DNA of 64,000 nt from Clostridia bacterium (GCA_017438525.1 JAFRVI010000075.1:34144-98143); one strand, 5' to 3'. Shown: positions 18,490-28,482, counted from the first letter of the stretch. A program made the numbers and translations. Notes: a model not told the origin generated them from the letters alone.

Positions 18490-19608
18490 TCAAATGGATT
18501 TTTTGAAGCAGCGTCTGCGTTTGTTCTGCACCTTGTCAAAGTGCTTCATGAGGTTGATTATGTGGTGGTTATCCTCGAGCATAAGGTTCGTTTCGAGGTG
18601 GTGCAGGTCGCTCTTCTGCAAAAAGTCTATCAGCAGTCCGATCATCGCGGTCACGACGCCCTTGGATTCGTATTCGGGCAGTATACCGATGAGACCGAGG
18701 TCGATGACCTTCGGATGCTTTTTGGAGCGCAGGAAGCGGATGAGGAATGGAAGCGTCATGCGGCCCTTTGACTTTCTGACAGCGTCGGAGATCGACGGGA
18801 ACATCAGCGAGAAGCCGACGGTGCGGTCCTCCTTGTCCTTTATCATCATTATATCGTGAGGGCGAACGACAAGCTTGAAATCCTTTATGTAGTTGTCGAC
18901 TATTTCCTGATTCAGCGGCATGGTGCCGTAAAGGCGGGCGTACGTCTTTTCGATGACGTCGAAGATGCCGTTGATGTGCTCGTCGACGAGCTCCTTGATG
19001 GAATCCGCCTGATAGAGATGCAGCCCGTACTTGTCGAGCATGCGGTTGCTGACGCGGATGATCTTTTCCGGGCTTTCCTTCGGGCTGTAAAGCTGATGCT
19101 CCAGCCAGTCGACATCCTTCACGAAGCCGTGCGCCTCGATCAGCTTCTGATAGTATTCGTAGTTATACTGCTCCTCGAAGGTCTGGAACTGGTCGAAGCC
19201 TTCGATCAGCAGGCCCTCGCGCTCGAGGTCGGAGTAGCCGAGCGGGCCGACGAACTCCTCCATGCCCTTATCCTTCGCCCACTTTTCGACGGCGGCGAAG
19301 AGTGCGCCGGAGACTTTTTCGTCGTCGATGGAGTCGAAGCGGGTGAAGCGGACGCGCTTCTGATCCCACTTTTCGTTCGCCTCGCGCTGGATTATGCCCT
19401 GTATGCGCCCGACGGTCTTTCCGTCCTCATAAGCGATATAGCAGACGGTGTCGCAAACCTTGTTGAATGGGTAGTCCGGCTTGAAGATATCAAACTCCCC
19501 GCCGTAAAGCATCGGCACGAAGTATTCGTTGCCTTTGTACAGCTTCAGCGGGAAGCGGACGAAATCCTTTTGTCCCTTCTTGGTTTTGACCTCTCTGATT
19601 TCCAACAC
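18490..19608 (-). CDS. uncharacterised GNAT-fold acyltransferase-like protein
   Basis: Clear coding signal with RBS. Only weak GNAT-like features (ILPEYESKGVVTAM). Confidence 0.45.
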   Translation of the reverse strand: MLEIREVKTKKGQKDFVRFPLKLYKGNEYFVPMLYGGEFDIFKPDYPFNKVCDTVCYIAYEDGKTVGRIQGIIQREANEKWDQKRVRFTRFDSIDDEKVSGALFAAVEKWAKDKGMEEFVGPLGYSDLEREGLLIEGFDQFQTFEEQYNYEYYQKLIEAHGFVKDVDWLEHQLYSPKESPEKIIRVSNRMLDKYGLHLYQADSIKELVDEHINGIFDVIEKTYARLYGTMPLNQEIVDNYIKDFKLVVRPHDIMMIKDKEDRTVGFSLMFPSISDAVRKSKGRMTLPFLIRFLRSKKHPKVIDLGLIGILPEYESKGVVTAMIGLLIDFLQKSDLHHLETNLMLEDNHHIINLMKHFDKVQNKRRRCFKKSI

Positions 19609-19896
19609 GTTCCGTCACTCCTTTTTGAAAGAGTTTACATATGTGTCAATTCTATCACAGAAGTATGAAAAATTCAATACAAAATAAAAACCTTGTCGTT
19701 TCCTATCGAACGTGTGTTATAATATATTCGTTGACGGCGGAGAAAACTTTTTTCAAAAAAACGAAAAAAAGACTTGATTTATTCGAAATTGTGTGTTATT
19801 ATGTCTCGGTTATAAAAGGGAATTTCCGCTGTCCCGCGGCCGAAAGCAGCCGCCGAAGTATGGGAGAATGAAGTTTCCGGAAGGGAAAGAATAAAT

Positions 19897-20241
19897 ATGG
19901 ACTATGTAAAACAGCTTTCTGAGCAACAGCTCAAACAGGAGATCCCTCAGTTCGCGATCGGCGACACCGTCAGAGTGCACGTTCTGATCAAAGAGGGCTC
20001 GCGTGAGAGAATCCAGGTTTTCGAGGGTATCGTGATCGCCCGCAAGAACGGCGGCATTTCCGAGACCTTCACCGTTAGGCGCGTGACATACGGCGTCGGC
20101 GTCGAGAGAACCTTCCTTCTCCATTCCCCGAAGGTCACCAAGATCGAGGTCACGAGAAAGGGTAAAGTTCGCAGAAGCAAGCTTTATTATCTGCGCGACA
20201 GAGTCGGTAAGGCGGCCAAGACGAAGCAGTCGTTCAAATAA
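19897..20241 (+). CDS. rplS: 50S ribosomal protein L19
   Basis: [38 protein letters not shown]...RRSKLYYLR. Confidence 0.95.
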   Translation: MDYVKQLSEQQLKQEIPQFAIGDTVRVHVLIKEGSRERIQVFEGIVIARKNGGISETFTVRRVTYGVGVERTFLLHSPKVTKIEVTRKGKVRRSKLYYLRDRVGKAAKTKQSFK

Positions 20242-20250
20242 GCAACGGGA

Positions 20251-20273
20251 AGGGGACGTAAGTCCCCTTTTTG
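20251..20273 (+). terminator. intrinsic terminator after rplS
   Basis: AGGGGAC-GTAA-GTCCCCT followed by TTTT. Confidence 0.75.
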
Positions 20274-20294
20274 CAATGTTTCAAGAGGTTTCTT

Positions 20295-21203
20295 ATGTCT
20301 GATTTCGACAAAGAAAAATACGGCGATTACGAAGAAGCGATGAAGCGGCTTATGTCCGACCCCATCTTTGATGATATCGACGGTGAGGGCGCGAAGCCGG
20401 ACGCGCCGCAGGCGGAGCCCGCCGCGGAAGAAATCGCTGCCGATTACGCTCCGGCCGCGCCGGAAGCCGCGCCCGAGCGGGAGTTCGCCCGCGCGCCCGA
20501 GGAAGCCGACGCGCCTTCGTATCCGGAACCGGAAGCGGAAGAGCGCGAAACCGCGGAGCAGTCGGAGGAGTATCTTCCCGCCGCCGCTGTCACGGCTCCC
20601 GCGCCGAGCGATGAAAAGAAAAAGCGCAAGGACCCCGTCACCGGCGTTTTCGAGTGGGTGGAGTCCGCGATTTTCGCCGTCGTGGTCGTTATATTGCTGT
20701 TCACCTTCATTTTCCGCATCGTCGGCATCGACGGCAGGTCGATGGTGCCGACCCTGCAGAACGACGACAGGGTTGTCATCAGCAACCTTTTCTATACTCC
20801 GAAAACCGGCGATATCGTCGTTCTCGACACGAGCGAAGACATGATATTCTTCAACGGCAGACAATACTCTAAGCCGCTTATCAAGCGCGTGATCGCGACC
20901 GAAGGACAGACCGTTGAAGTCACGGCCGCGGAAAACGGCGGGCAGAGAGTGTACGTTGACGGCGTGGAACTGAAGGAAGACTATATCAACTTCCAGACCG
21001 TCACGCGCAGCTCCGGCCAGGCGAAGCTGACGGTGCCGAAAGACCATATTTTCGTTATGGGCGACAACCGCGGCGAGAGTCTCGATTCCCGCTCCTTCGG
21101 CTGTATCAGCGTTAACGCGATAGTCGGCAGGGCGCTGTTCAGAATATTCCCGCTGTCCGAAATGGGACTGCTGACAACAGACGATCCTTATGGAGAACAT
21201 TAA
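20295..21203 (+). CDS. lepB: signal peptidase I with a ~125-aa acidic/Pro-rich N-terminal extension
   Basis: S26A motifs GRSMVPTL, KRVIA, GDNRGESLDSR. The ATG at 20295 follows AAGAGG. Confidence 0.85.
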   Translation: MSDFDKEKYGDYEEAMKRLMSDPIFDDIDGEGAKPDAPQAEPAAEEIAADYAPAAPEAAPEREFARAPEEADAPSYPEPEAEERETAEQSEEYLPAAAVTAPAPSDEKKKRKDPVTGVFEWVESAIFAVVVVILLFTFIFRIVGIDGRSMVPTLQNDDRVVISNLFYTPKTGDIVVLDTSEDMIFFNGRQYSKPLIKRVIATEGQTVEVTAAENGGQRVYVDGVELKEDYINFQTVTRSSGQAKLTVPKDHIFVMGDNRGESLDSRSFGCISVNAIVGRALFRIFPLSEMGLLTTDDPYGEH

Positions 21204-22056
21204 CTGGTACCCCGGACATATGCGTAAGACCGAGCGGCAGATTGCGAAGGATCTGACGCTCGTTGACGCAGTTATAGAAATACTCGACGCGCGCATCCCG
21301 CGCAGCAGCAAGAATCCGGATATGGAGCGCATAACGCGCTCGAAGCCGCGCGTCCTTGTTTTCAACAAGATCGACCTTGCGGACCCCGACCTCTCGACGA
21401 AGTGGGCGGAGCATTACAAAAAGCAGGGTTACAAATGCGTTTTCTGCGACTGCAAGGGCGGCAGGGGAGTCAACAAGGTGCTGCCCGCCGTGCGCGAGCT
21501 GCTCGCGGACAAGATAAACGCGAGAGCCGCCAAAGGAATGGGCGGAATGGCGATACGCGCGCTCGTTGCGGGCATCCCGAACGTCGGCAAATCCTCCCTC
21601 ATCAACCGCCTCGTCGGCAGCGGCAAGGCGAAGGTGGAGGACCGCCCCGGCGTGACGCGCGAAAACCGATGGCTCACGCTTTCCGACGGCACCGAACTGA
21701 TGGACACCCCCGGCATCCTCTGGCCGAAGCTCGACGCGGAAAGCGGCCCGAAACTCGCCTTCACCGGAGCGATAACCGACCGCATAACCGATACCGAAGG
21801 TCTCGCCGCGCAGCTGCTTGAGTTCGTGCGCGACGCCTATCCGGACTTCATCGGCGCGCGCTACGGAGTGGAAGCCGCCGCCGGCTTTGAAATGCTCGAA
21901 GCGGTCGGCCGCCGCCGCGGCTGTATGGTCAAGGGCGGGGAGATAGACACGCTCCGCGCGTCCGAGCTCGTGCTCGACGATTTCAGGGGCGGAAAGCTCG
22001 GCAGGATCACGCTCGACCTGCCGGACGGGGAACGGACGATTGCAGATGAAGGATAA
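21190..22056 (+). CDS. rbgA: ribosome biogenesis GTPase A (YlqF)
   Basis: Circularly permuted GTPase (NKIDLAD ... GIPNVGKSSLIN ... DTPG). Confidence 0.9.
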   Translation: MENINWYPGHMRKTERQIAKDLTLVDAVIEILDARIPRSSKNPDMERITRSKPRVLVFNKIDLADPDLSTKWAEHYKKQGYKCVFCDCKGGRGVNKVLPAVRELLADKINARAAKGMGGMAIRALVAGIPNVGKSSLINRLVGSGKAKVEDRPGVTRENRWLTLSDGTELMDTPGILWPKLDAESGPKLAFTGAITDRITDTEGLAAQLLEFVRDAYPDFIGARYGVEAAAGFEMLEAVGRRRGCMVKGGEIDTLRASELVLDDFRGGKLGRITLDLPDGERTIADEG

Positions 22057-22657
22057 TTCTTCGCTTTTCGAATACGATTCCGCGATCCGTGCCGAAGCAG
22101 GCGTCGAGCTGCTCTGCGGCGTCGACGAAGCGGGAAGAGGCCCCCTCGCGGGTCCGGTCTGCGCCGCCGCGGTCATTCTGCCGGAGGGAGTCCGCATACC
22201 GGGCGTAAACGACTCCAAAAAAATATCAGAGCCGAAGCGCGAGGAGCTGTTCGGCGTTATAACCGAAACCGCGCTCGCGTGGGCGGTCGCGTTTTCGGAC
22301 GAAAAAGAGATAGACGAGATCAACATACTCAACGCCGCGATGCTGGCGATGAAACGCGCGGTTGAAGCCCTCGGAGCGAAGCCGCAGCTCGCGCTTATCG
22401 ACGGCAACCGCGTTCCGAAGCTTTCGGTACCCGCGCGCTGCGTGATAAAGGGCGATGCGACAAGCGCGTCGATCGCCGCGGCGTCGATACTCGCGAAGGT
22501 CAGCCGTGACCGGCTGATGTACGAATACGACGCCAGGTTTCCCGAATACGGCTTCGCGCAGCACAAGGGATACGGCACGAAGCGGCATTACGACGCGATC
22601 GACCGCTTCGGAGTGCTGGATATACACAGAAAAACCTTTTTGAAGGGCAGGGCGTGA
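22040..22657 (+). CDS. rnhB: ribonuclease HII
   Basis: GVDEAGRGPLAGPV and DSKK motifs. Confidence 0.9.
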   Translation: MQMKDNSSLFEYDSAIRAEAGVELLCGVDEAGRGPLAGPVCAAAVILPEGVRIPGVNDSKKISEPKREELFGVITETALAWAVAFSDEKEIDEINILNAAMLAMKRAVEALGAKPQLALIDGNRVPKLSVPARCVIKGDATSASIAAASILAKVSRDRLMYEYDARFPEYGFAQHKGYGTKRHYDAIDRFGVLDIHRKTFLKGRA

Positions 22658-22660
22658 TCC

Positions 22661-23053
22661 ATGTACACCCGAGCCGCGTCGAACGGTAAATGGGGCGAGA
22701 TATACGCGGCGCGTATGCTTCGCGAAAAGGGCGGTTACGAGCTGATCGCCTGCGATTACCGCGTCCGCGGAGGCGAGATAGACCTCATCGCGATACACGG
22801 CGAAATGCTTGTCTGCGCCGAGGTGAAGGCCCGCGGTAAAAACGCGATAGGAGAGCCGCGCGAATGGGTGACGGAGTCGAAACGGCGCAAGCTCATCACC
22901 GCCGCGAAACTCTTTCTGGCGCAGGACGGCCGCCGCCTTCAGCCGCGTTTCGACGTTATCGAGGTCTGGCTGGACGATTCGTCGCTCCCGCCGAAACTAT
23001 TGAAAATAAACCACATCGAAAACGCGTTCAGCTGCGAGGACGAGATATTCTGA
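22661..23053 (+). CDS. YraN-family (UPF0102) endonuclease-like protein
   Basis: GEIDLIA...CAEVKAR motif. Position after rnhB. Confidence 0.8.
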   Translation: MYTRAASNGKWGEIYAARMLREKGGYELIACDYRVRGGEIDLIAIHGEMLVCAEVKARGKNAIGEPREWVTESKRRKLITAAKLFLAQDGRRLQPRFDVIEVWLDDSSLPPKLLKINHIENAFSCEDEIF

Positions 23054-23100
23054 AACCGGCGGCGCGTTGCACTTTTTACGGTACCTACGGAGGTAAAAAA

Positions 23101-24576
23101 ATGAGATACCGCAGCACGAGAAACGAAAGTGAATACGTCTCTTCCGCGAGAGCGATCATCAACGGCATCGCTCCCGACGGCGGACTTTATATTCCCGAGA
23201 GCATCCCGCGCCTGACCGGCGAAGACGTCGCCGCGATAATGGAGTGCGACTACGGAAAGACCGCGCTGACGGTGCTGAAAAAGTACCTCACGGACTTCAC
23301 CGAAGCGGAGCTCGCGGAAATGGTGAACGCCGCCTACGCCTCCTTCGATACGCCGGACGTCGTTCCGCTCACGAAGCTTTCCGGCGCGGACTACGCGCTC
23401 GAGCTCTGGCACGGGCCGACCTCCGCCTTCAAGGACGTCGCGCTGCAGATCCTGCCGTACTTCATCACCGCCGCCGCGAAAAAGACGGGGCTCGACAAGA
23501 CCGTGCATATCCTCGTCGCGACCTCCGGCGACACCGGCAAGGCGGCTCTGGAGGGCTTCAGCGGCGTTGAAGGCACGAAGATAACAGTCTTCTATCCCGC
23601 CGACGGAGTCAGCGATATGCAGAAGCTCCAGATGACGACGCAGGAGGGCGAAAACGTCAGCGTCAGCGGCATCGCCGGCAACTTCGACGACGCGCAGACC
23701 GGAGTCAAGCGCATCTTCGCGGACCCGGCGATCGCGGAAAAACTCGCCGCGCGCGGCGAAGTCCTTTCCAGCGCGAACTCGATAAACTGGGGACGCCTCG
23801 TGCCGCAGATTGCCTACTACGTTCACACGTGGGCGCAGCTGAAAAAGCAGGGCGCGGCGCTTGACGGCGGCTTCAACGTCGTCGTGCCGACCGGCAACTT
23901 CGGCAACATCCTCGCCGCCTACTACGCGAAGATGATGGGCGCGCCGATAAACAAGCTCGTCTGCGCCTCCAACAGAAACCGCGTGCTGACAGACTTCTTC
24001 GCCACCGGCGAATACGATAAGAACCGCGAGTTCTACACCACCGAATCGCCGTCGATGGATATACTCATCTCATCGAACCTCGAGCGCCTGCTCAGCTACC
24101 TGGCCGACGGCTCCGCGGAAGCGGTGCGCGGCTTCATGAAGTCACTAACCGAAACCGGAAGCTACGGTGTTACGGATGAGATGGAACGCCGCGCGTCGGA
24201 GCTTTTCTTCGGCTCCTGCGCGAACGACGCGGAGACGTCCGCGGCGATCGGAAAGACCTTCTCGGAAACCGGCTATCTGCCCGATACCCACACCGCCGTC
24301 GGCATAAAGGTCTGCGGCGACTACCGCGCCGCGACGGGCGACGAACGCCCCTGCGTGATCGCCTCCACCGCCTCGCCGTATAAATTCCCCGCCGCCGTGC
24401 TCGGCGCGATAGGGGAGAGCGCCGAAGGCGCGCCCTTCGAGCTTATCGAACGCCTCGAGGCGAAGACCGGCGTTCCCGCGCCCGCCCGCATTTCCGCGCT
24501 GAAGGATAAGGCGGTACGCTTCACCGGCGTATGCCGCCCCGAAGAGATGGCGGACGTCGTGCTTGAGCAGAGGTGA
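23101..24576 (+). CDS. thrC: threonine synthase
   Basis: GPTSAFKD PLP-lysine motif. Starts MRYRSTRNE at 23101. The track ORF from 22864 overlaps yraN. Confidence 0.9.
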   Translation: MRYRSTRNESEYVSSARAIINGIAPDGGLYIPESIPRLTGEDVAAIMECDYGKTALTVLKKYLTDFTEAELAEMVNAAYASFDTPDVVPLTKLSGADYALELWHGPTSAFKDVALQILPYFITAAAKKTGLDKTVHILVATSGDTGKAALEGFSGVEGTKITVFYPADGVSDMQKLQMTTQEGENVSVSGIAGNFDDAQTGVKRIFADPAIAEKLAARGEVLSSANSINWGRLVPQIAYYVHTWAQLKKQGAALDGGFNVVVPTGNFGNILAAYYAKMMGAPINKLVCASNRNRVLTDFFATGEYDKNREFYTTESPSMDILISSNLERLLSYLADGSAEAVRGFMKSLTETGSYGVTDEMERRASELFFGSCANDAETSAAIGKTFSETGYLPDTHTAVGIKVCGDYRAATGDERPCVIASTASPYKFPAAVLGAIGESAEGAPFELIERLEAKTGVPAPARISALKDKAVRFTGVCRPEEMADVVLEQR

Positions 24577-24580
24577 GCGG

Positions 24581-25267
24581 ATGGCGGTATACACCATAGC
24601 CGACCTGCACCTTTCCTTCGGCACCGACAAGCCGATGAACGTCTTCAACGGCTGGCAGAACTACGAGGAGCGCTTGAAGGTGAACTGGCTCGCGACCGTC
24701 GGGCCGGACGACACCGTAGTGCTCGCCGGCGACTTTTCGTGGGGGATGGACCTGCCGCAGACGCTTCCGGACTTCCGCTTCATCGACGAGCTGCCGGGCG
24801 AAAAACTGCTCGTCAAGGGCAACCACGACTACTGGTGGACTACGGTCAAAAAGATGACCGGATTCATTGACGAAAACGGCCTGACGACGATAAAATTCCT
24901 GCATAACAACTCTTACGTTCGCGGCGGTGTCAACCTCTGCGGAACGCGCGGCTGGCTCTATAATCAGCCGACTGAGCTTGACAAAAAGGTCTTCAACCGC
25001 GAGCTTATGCGGCTTGAAGCGTCCCTCGCCTCCGCTGAGGAGGGGATGGAGCGCGTCGCGTTCCTGCACTATCCGCCGGTCTTTTCCGGAACCGCGTGCG
25101 TCGAGGTCGCCGACCTGCTTGCGAAGTACGGCGTGCGCCGCTGCTACTTCGGGCATATCCACGTCCGCGACAGCGAATTTCGCGACGGATTCACTTACGA
25201 CGGAGTGGAATACAAGCTCGTTTCGAGTATATGCGCGGACTTTTGTCCCGTAAAGGTCGCGGAATAA
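24581..25267 (+). CDS. metallophosphoesterase
   Basis: ADLHLSFG, GDFSWG and GNHDYWW motifs. Confidence 0.7.
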   Translation: MAVYTIADLHLSFGTDKPMNVFNGWQNYEERLKVNWLATVGPDDTVVLAGDFSWGMDLPQTLPDFRFIDELPGEKLLVKGNHDYWWTTVKKMTGFIDENGLTTIKFLHNNSYVRGGVNLCGTRGWLYNQPTELDKKVFNRELMRLEASLASAEEGMERVAFLHYPPVFSGTACVEVADLLAKYGVRRCYFGHIHVRDSEFRDGFTYDGVEYKLVSSICADFCPVKVAE

Positions 25268-25288
25268 ACGAAATCGGCAAAAAAACGA

Positions 25289-25317
25289 TTGACAAACACC
25301 CGGACCTACTATATAAT
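25289..25317 (+). promoter_or_regulatory. sigma-A promoter upstream of secDF
   Basis: TTGACA, 17-nt spacer, TATAAT. Followed by the inverted repeat TTGATA-N6-TATCAA. Confidence 0.6.
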
Positions 25318-25407
25318 GTATATTTGATAGTTTATTATCAATAAAATCGCGCCCGACGGAAAAATCCGCCGAGCGCGTAAAACCGAATTATTCGGAGGGG
25401 AAGTCAA

Positions 25408-26706
25408 ATGAGACAAAAAGCAAAGCCCGTCTTCTTTATCGTGCTTGCGGCTATCCTGTTTCTGACTTACGTGGCCTTTTTCGGCTTGTACAGATACTAC
25501 GGTGATATGTCGTCCGGCATTTCCGGAGCGGGCAAGATCAGGTGGGGAATAGACATCCGCGGCGGCGTGGACGCCACGTTCCAACCTGATACGACCGAAG
25601 AAATTACCGACGAAAACATAGACGGTGCGATAACGATACTCAAGCAGCGTCTTGACGACAAGGGAATCTCCGACAGCGAAGTCATCGGGGACTATTCCGC
25701 CGACCGCATCATCGTACGTTTCCCGTGGAAAGCCGACGAATCGAACTTCGATCCCGAGACTGCCATAAAGGAAATCGGCGAGACCGCGCTGCTGAGCTTT
25801 AAGGACCCTAACGGCGAGACTGTTCTGACCGGCGCGGACGTCAACCAGGCGACTGCGGGCTATGACCAGCAGAACGCGCAGTATATCGTTTCCCTCGACC
25901 TTAACAGCGAGGGTTCGACCAAGTTCGCGACCGCTACGAGCGCCAACGTCGGCAAGCAGATAAGCATCTATCTCGACGACGAGCTGATCTCATCCCCCGT
26001 CGTCAACGAGGCGATAACCAACGGCAGAGCGTCCATCAGCGGCAGCTTCAAGGAGTATTCCGAGGTCAAGGCGCTGGCGGACAAGATCAACGCCGGTTCG
26101 CTGCCCTTCTCGCTGAAGGTCGAGACCTACTCCACCATCAGCCCGACGCTCGGCGAAGACGCGCTTGACGTTATGCTTCTCTCCGCGGCAATCGCGCTCG
26201 GGCTCATCGCGCTCTTCATGCTCTGGAGATACAAGGTGCCCGGACTCGTCGCGATCATCTCGATCGTCGGTCAGGTCGCCTGCACCATACTTGCGATCAA
26301 CGGCTTCATCTTCGTGCTGCCGATGTTCGCTGCGCAGACGCTGACGCTGCCCGGCCTTGCCGGTATTATTCTTGCTGTCGGTATGGGCGTTGACGCCAAC
26401 GTCATCACCGCCGAGAGAATCAAGGAAGAAGTCGTCGCCGGCAGGACCATCGACGGCGCTATCGAAGCCGGCTACAAGAAGGCGTGGAGCTCCATTCTGG
26501 ACGGCAACGTAACGACCTTCATCGTCGCGTTCATCCTTTTCATAATGGGCAGCGGCACGATCAAGTCCTTCGGCTTCACCCTCGGAGTCGGCGTTCTGCT
26601 GAACTTCGTAATGGGCGTTTTCGCTTCCAGACTGATGCTGAGAGGCATTTCCAAGTTCAAGGTCTTCCGCAAGGTGACCCTTTACGGAGGTGCGAAAAAT
26701 GCGTAA
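25408..26706 (+). CDS. secD: protein translocase subunit SecD
   Basis: SPTLGEDAL and the polytopic C-terminal half (GLAGIILAVGMGVDANV). Confidence 0.9.
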   Translation: MRQKAKPVFFIVLAAILFLTYVAFFGLYRYYGDMSSGISGAGKIRWGIDIRGGVDATFQPDTTEEITDENIDGAITILKQRLDDKGISDSEVIGDYSADRIIVRFPWKADESNFDPETAIKEIGETALLSFKDPNGETVLTGADVNQATAGYDQQNAQYIVSLDLNSEGSTKFATATSANVGKQISIYLDDELISSPVVNEAITNGRASISGSFKEYSEVKALADKINAGSLPFSLKVETYSTISPTLGEDALDVMLLSAAIALGLIALFMLWRYKVPGLVAIISIVGQVACTILAINGFIFVLPMFAAQTLTLPGLAGIILAVGMGVDANVITAERIKEEVVAGRTIDGAIEAGYKKAWSSILDGNVTTFIVAFILFIMGSGTIKSFGFTLGVGVLLNFVMGVFASRLMLRGISKFKVFRKVTLYGGAKNA

Positions 26707-27907
26707 GAGATATTATGATTTCTGCAAAAACAGCAAGTGGTTCGTGCTTTGTATCGCGGTCGTCTACGTCGTTACGATAGCGATGGCGTTCATCAGCGGC
26801 ATCGGCGTTGACATCAAGTTTACCGGCGGTGCCCTGCTCAAGTACAGCTACACCGGCGGCACCGTCGATCTCAAGAACATCGAGAGCATCGCGGAAGGCA
26901 CGCTCGGCAGAGACGTTACCGTTCAGGAAAACACCGATTCCTCCGGCAACAAAATGATAACCATAAGCGTCGCCAACCGCGGCGGTACGAAGGTAAATGA
27001 CGAACCCGCGGCCGCGGGCGAAGAAGACGCCGCCGCGAGCAGCGAAGAAACTCCTATCGGCGATGCCCCGGTCGTCGGCGATACCAACGCCGGAGAAAAG
27101 GTGGAGAACCCCGAAGTATACGTTGCAAACGACGGTGAAGTCACCACCACGGGCGCCGAAGACGGCGAAGTCACCACCACGGGCGCCGAAGACGGAGAGG
27201 TTACGACCACCGATGATGAAGACGGCGAGGCCGCCGAAGACGCCGCCGCTTCGACCAAGACCGAAGCCGATATCTACGCGGTCAACGTCGAAGAGGAAGC
27301 CGCGCTGAAGGAGGCAATTCAAAAGGCGTACCCCGACGTTACCTTCACCAACGCGGGCTCGAACAGCGTCTCCGCTTCGATGGGTAAAGAAACCCTCATC
27401 AAGAGCTTGATCGCGGTGCTCATCGCGGTCGGTCTGATGCTCATCTACATAGCGATCCGCTTCCGCAAGATAGGCGGCTGGAGAGCCGGTTTCTGCGCGA
27501 TAGTTTCGCTGCTGGTATCGCTTTCTTTCGTGTTCGCGACCTTCGTGATAATGGGCAGCTCCCTGAGCGAGAATTTCATTGCCGTCATGCTGACCATCCT
27601 CGGCTACGCGATCAACAACACGATCATTATCTATGACCGTGTCCGCGAGAACAAAGCGAAACTCGGCCGCGGCAGAGTCGATTACGCCAAGCTTGTCAAC
27701 GACAGTATGAACGAAACGCTGACGAGAACGATAAACACGACTATAACGACCTCCATAGCAATCGGTACCGTCGCAGTTATGTCCATCGTTTTCAACATCG
27801 AATCCATTATCAGCTTCGCGTTCCCGATGCTTGTCGGCATTATAGTCGGCACGCTCTCCACGCTGTTCATTTCCGGACCGCTGTGGGTCAAGCTCCAGAA
27901 GAACTGA
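26699..27907 (+). CDS. secF: protein translocase subunit SecF with a ~100-aa acidic insertion
   Basis: GIDFTGG-like GVDIKFTGG, then the C-terminal SecF core (YDRVREN, ETLTRTINTT). ATG at 26699, 8 nt after GGAGG. Confidence 0.85.
   Translation: MRKRYYDFCKNSKWFVLCIAVVYVVTIAMAFISGIGVDIKFTGGALLKYSYTGGTVDLKNIESIAEGTLGRDVTVQENTDSSGNKMITISVANRGGTKVNDEPAAAGEEDAAASSEETPIGDAPVVGDTNAGEKVENPEVYVANDGEVTTTGAEDGEVTTTGAEDGEVTTTDDEDGEAAEDAAASTKTEADIYAVNVEEEAALKEAIQKAYPDVTFTNAGSNSVSASMGKETLIKSLIAVLIAVGLMLIYIAIRFRKIGGWRAGFCAIVSLLVSLSFVFATFVIMGSSLSENFIAVMLTILGYAINNTIIIYDRVRENKAKLGRGRVDYAKLVNDSMNETLTRTINTTITTSIAIGTVAVMSIVFNIESIISFAFPMLVGIIVGTLSTLFISGPLWVKLQKN
27131..27220 (+). repeat. 3 tandem 30-bp coding repeats (GEVTTTGAED x2, then GEVTTTDDED)
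   Basis: gacggtgaagtcaccaccacgggcgccgaa / gacggcgaagtcaccaccacgggcgccgaa / gacggagaggttacgaccaccgatgatgaa. Confidence 0.9.
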
Positions 27908-27969
27908 ATCACGCACGGACGGCTGGCTTCGGTCAGCCGTCTCAATATTAAGATGACGGAGGAACCTTT

Positions 27970-28437
27970 ATGAAAGGCATGAAATGCCCCTTCTGCGCTT
28001 GGGAGGACAGCAAGGTCATTGATTCCCGCCCGACCGACGATTGCGAGCGCATCCGCCGCCGCAGGGAATGTTTGAAATGCGGCGAACGCTTCACGACTTA
28101 TGAGGCGATCGAGCGCATACCGATAATCGTCATCAAAAAGGACGGCTCCCGCGAGCCGTTCAGTGCGGAGAAGCTTCTGCGGCAGATGCTGATCGCCTGC
28201 GGCAAGCGCGCCGTGCCGACGGAGCGCATCGAGCGCGCCGTATTCGATATCGAGGCGTCGCTGCAGAACTCACTGCTGCGCGAGGTCGAATCCTCGCGTA
28301 TCGGCGAGCTGGCGCTGGAAAAGCTGCGCGACATCGACGAGGTCGCCTACGTCCGCTTCGCCTCGGTCTATAAGGAGTTCCGCGACATAGACAGCTTCAT
28401 GGCGGAGCTTCAGCAGCTCAAGCGCGAGCAGGAATAG
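27970..28437 (+). CDS. nrdR: transcriptional repressor NrdR
   Basis: Zinc ribbon MKCPFC...CLKCGERFTTYE plus an ATP-cone. Confidence 0.9.
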   Translation: MKGMKCPFCAWEDSKVIDSRPTDDCERIRRRRECLKCGERFTTYEAIERIPIIVIKKDGSREPFSAEKLLRQMLIACGKRAVPTERIERAVFDIEASLQNSLLREVESSRIGELALEKLRDIDEVAYVRFASVYKEFRDIDSFMAELQQLKREQE

Positions 28438-28450
28438 GATAACACGAGCA

Positions 28451-28482
28451 AAAGCGGAGCAGGGAAAACCCTGCTCCGCTTT
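28451..28482. terminator. bidirectional terminator between nrdR and dapB
   Basis: AAAGCGGAGCAGGG-AAAA-CCCTGCTCCGCTTT. Confidence 0.8.

Noticed and set aside
21139-22578. 479-aa minus-strand ORF across rbgA and rnhB. The same pattern occurs at 9434-10522, 15744-16505, 17518-18771, 18856-19668, 29269-30246, 32015-33025 and 36026-37033.
   Set aside because: For the same reason. Each overlaps a well-supported conserved gene on the other strand and has no recognisable motifs.
27131-27220. Tandem repeats here and at 45842-45897, considered as CRISPR or minisatellite arrays.
   Set aside because: They are in-frame coding repeats (30 bp and 24 bp) with no spacers, lying inside secF and sipW.
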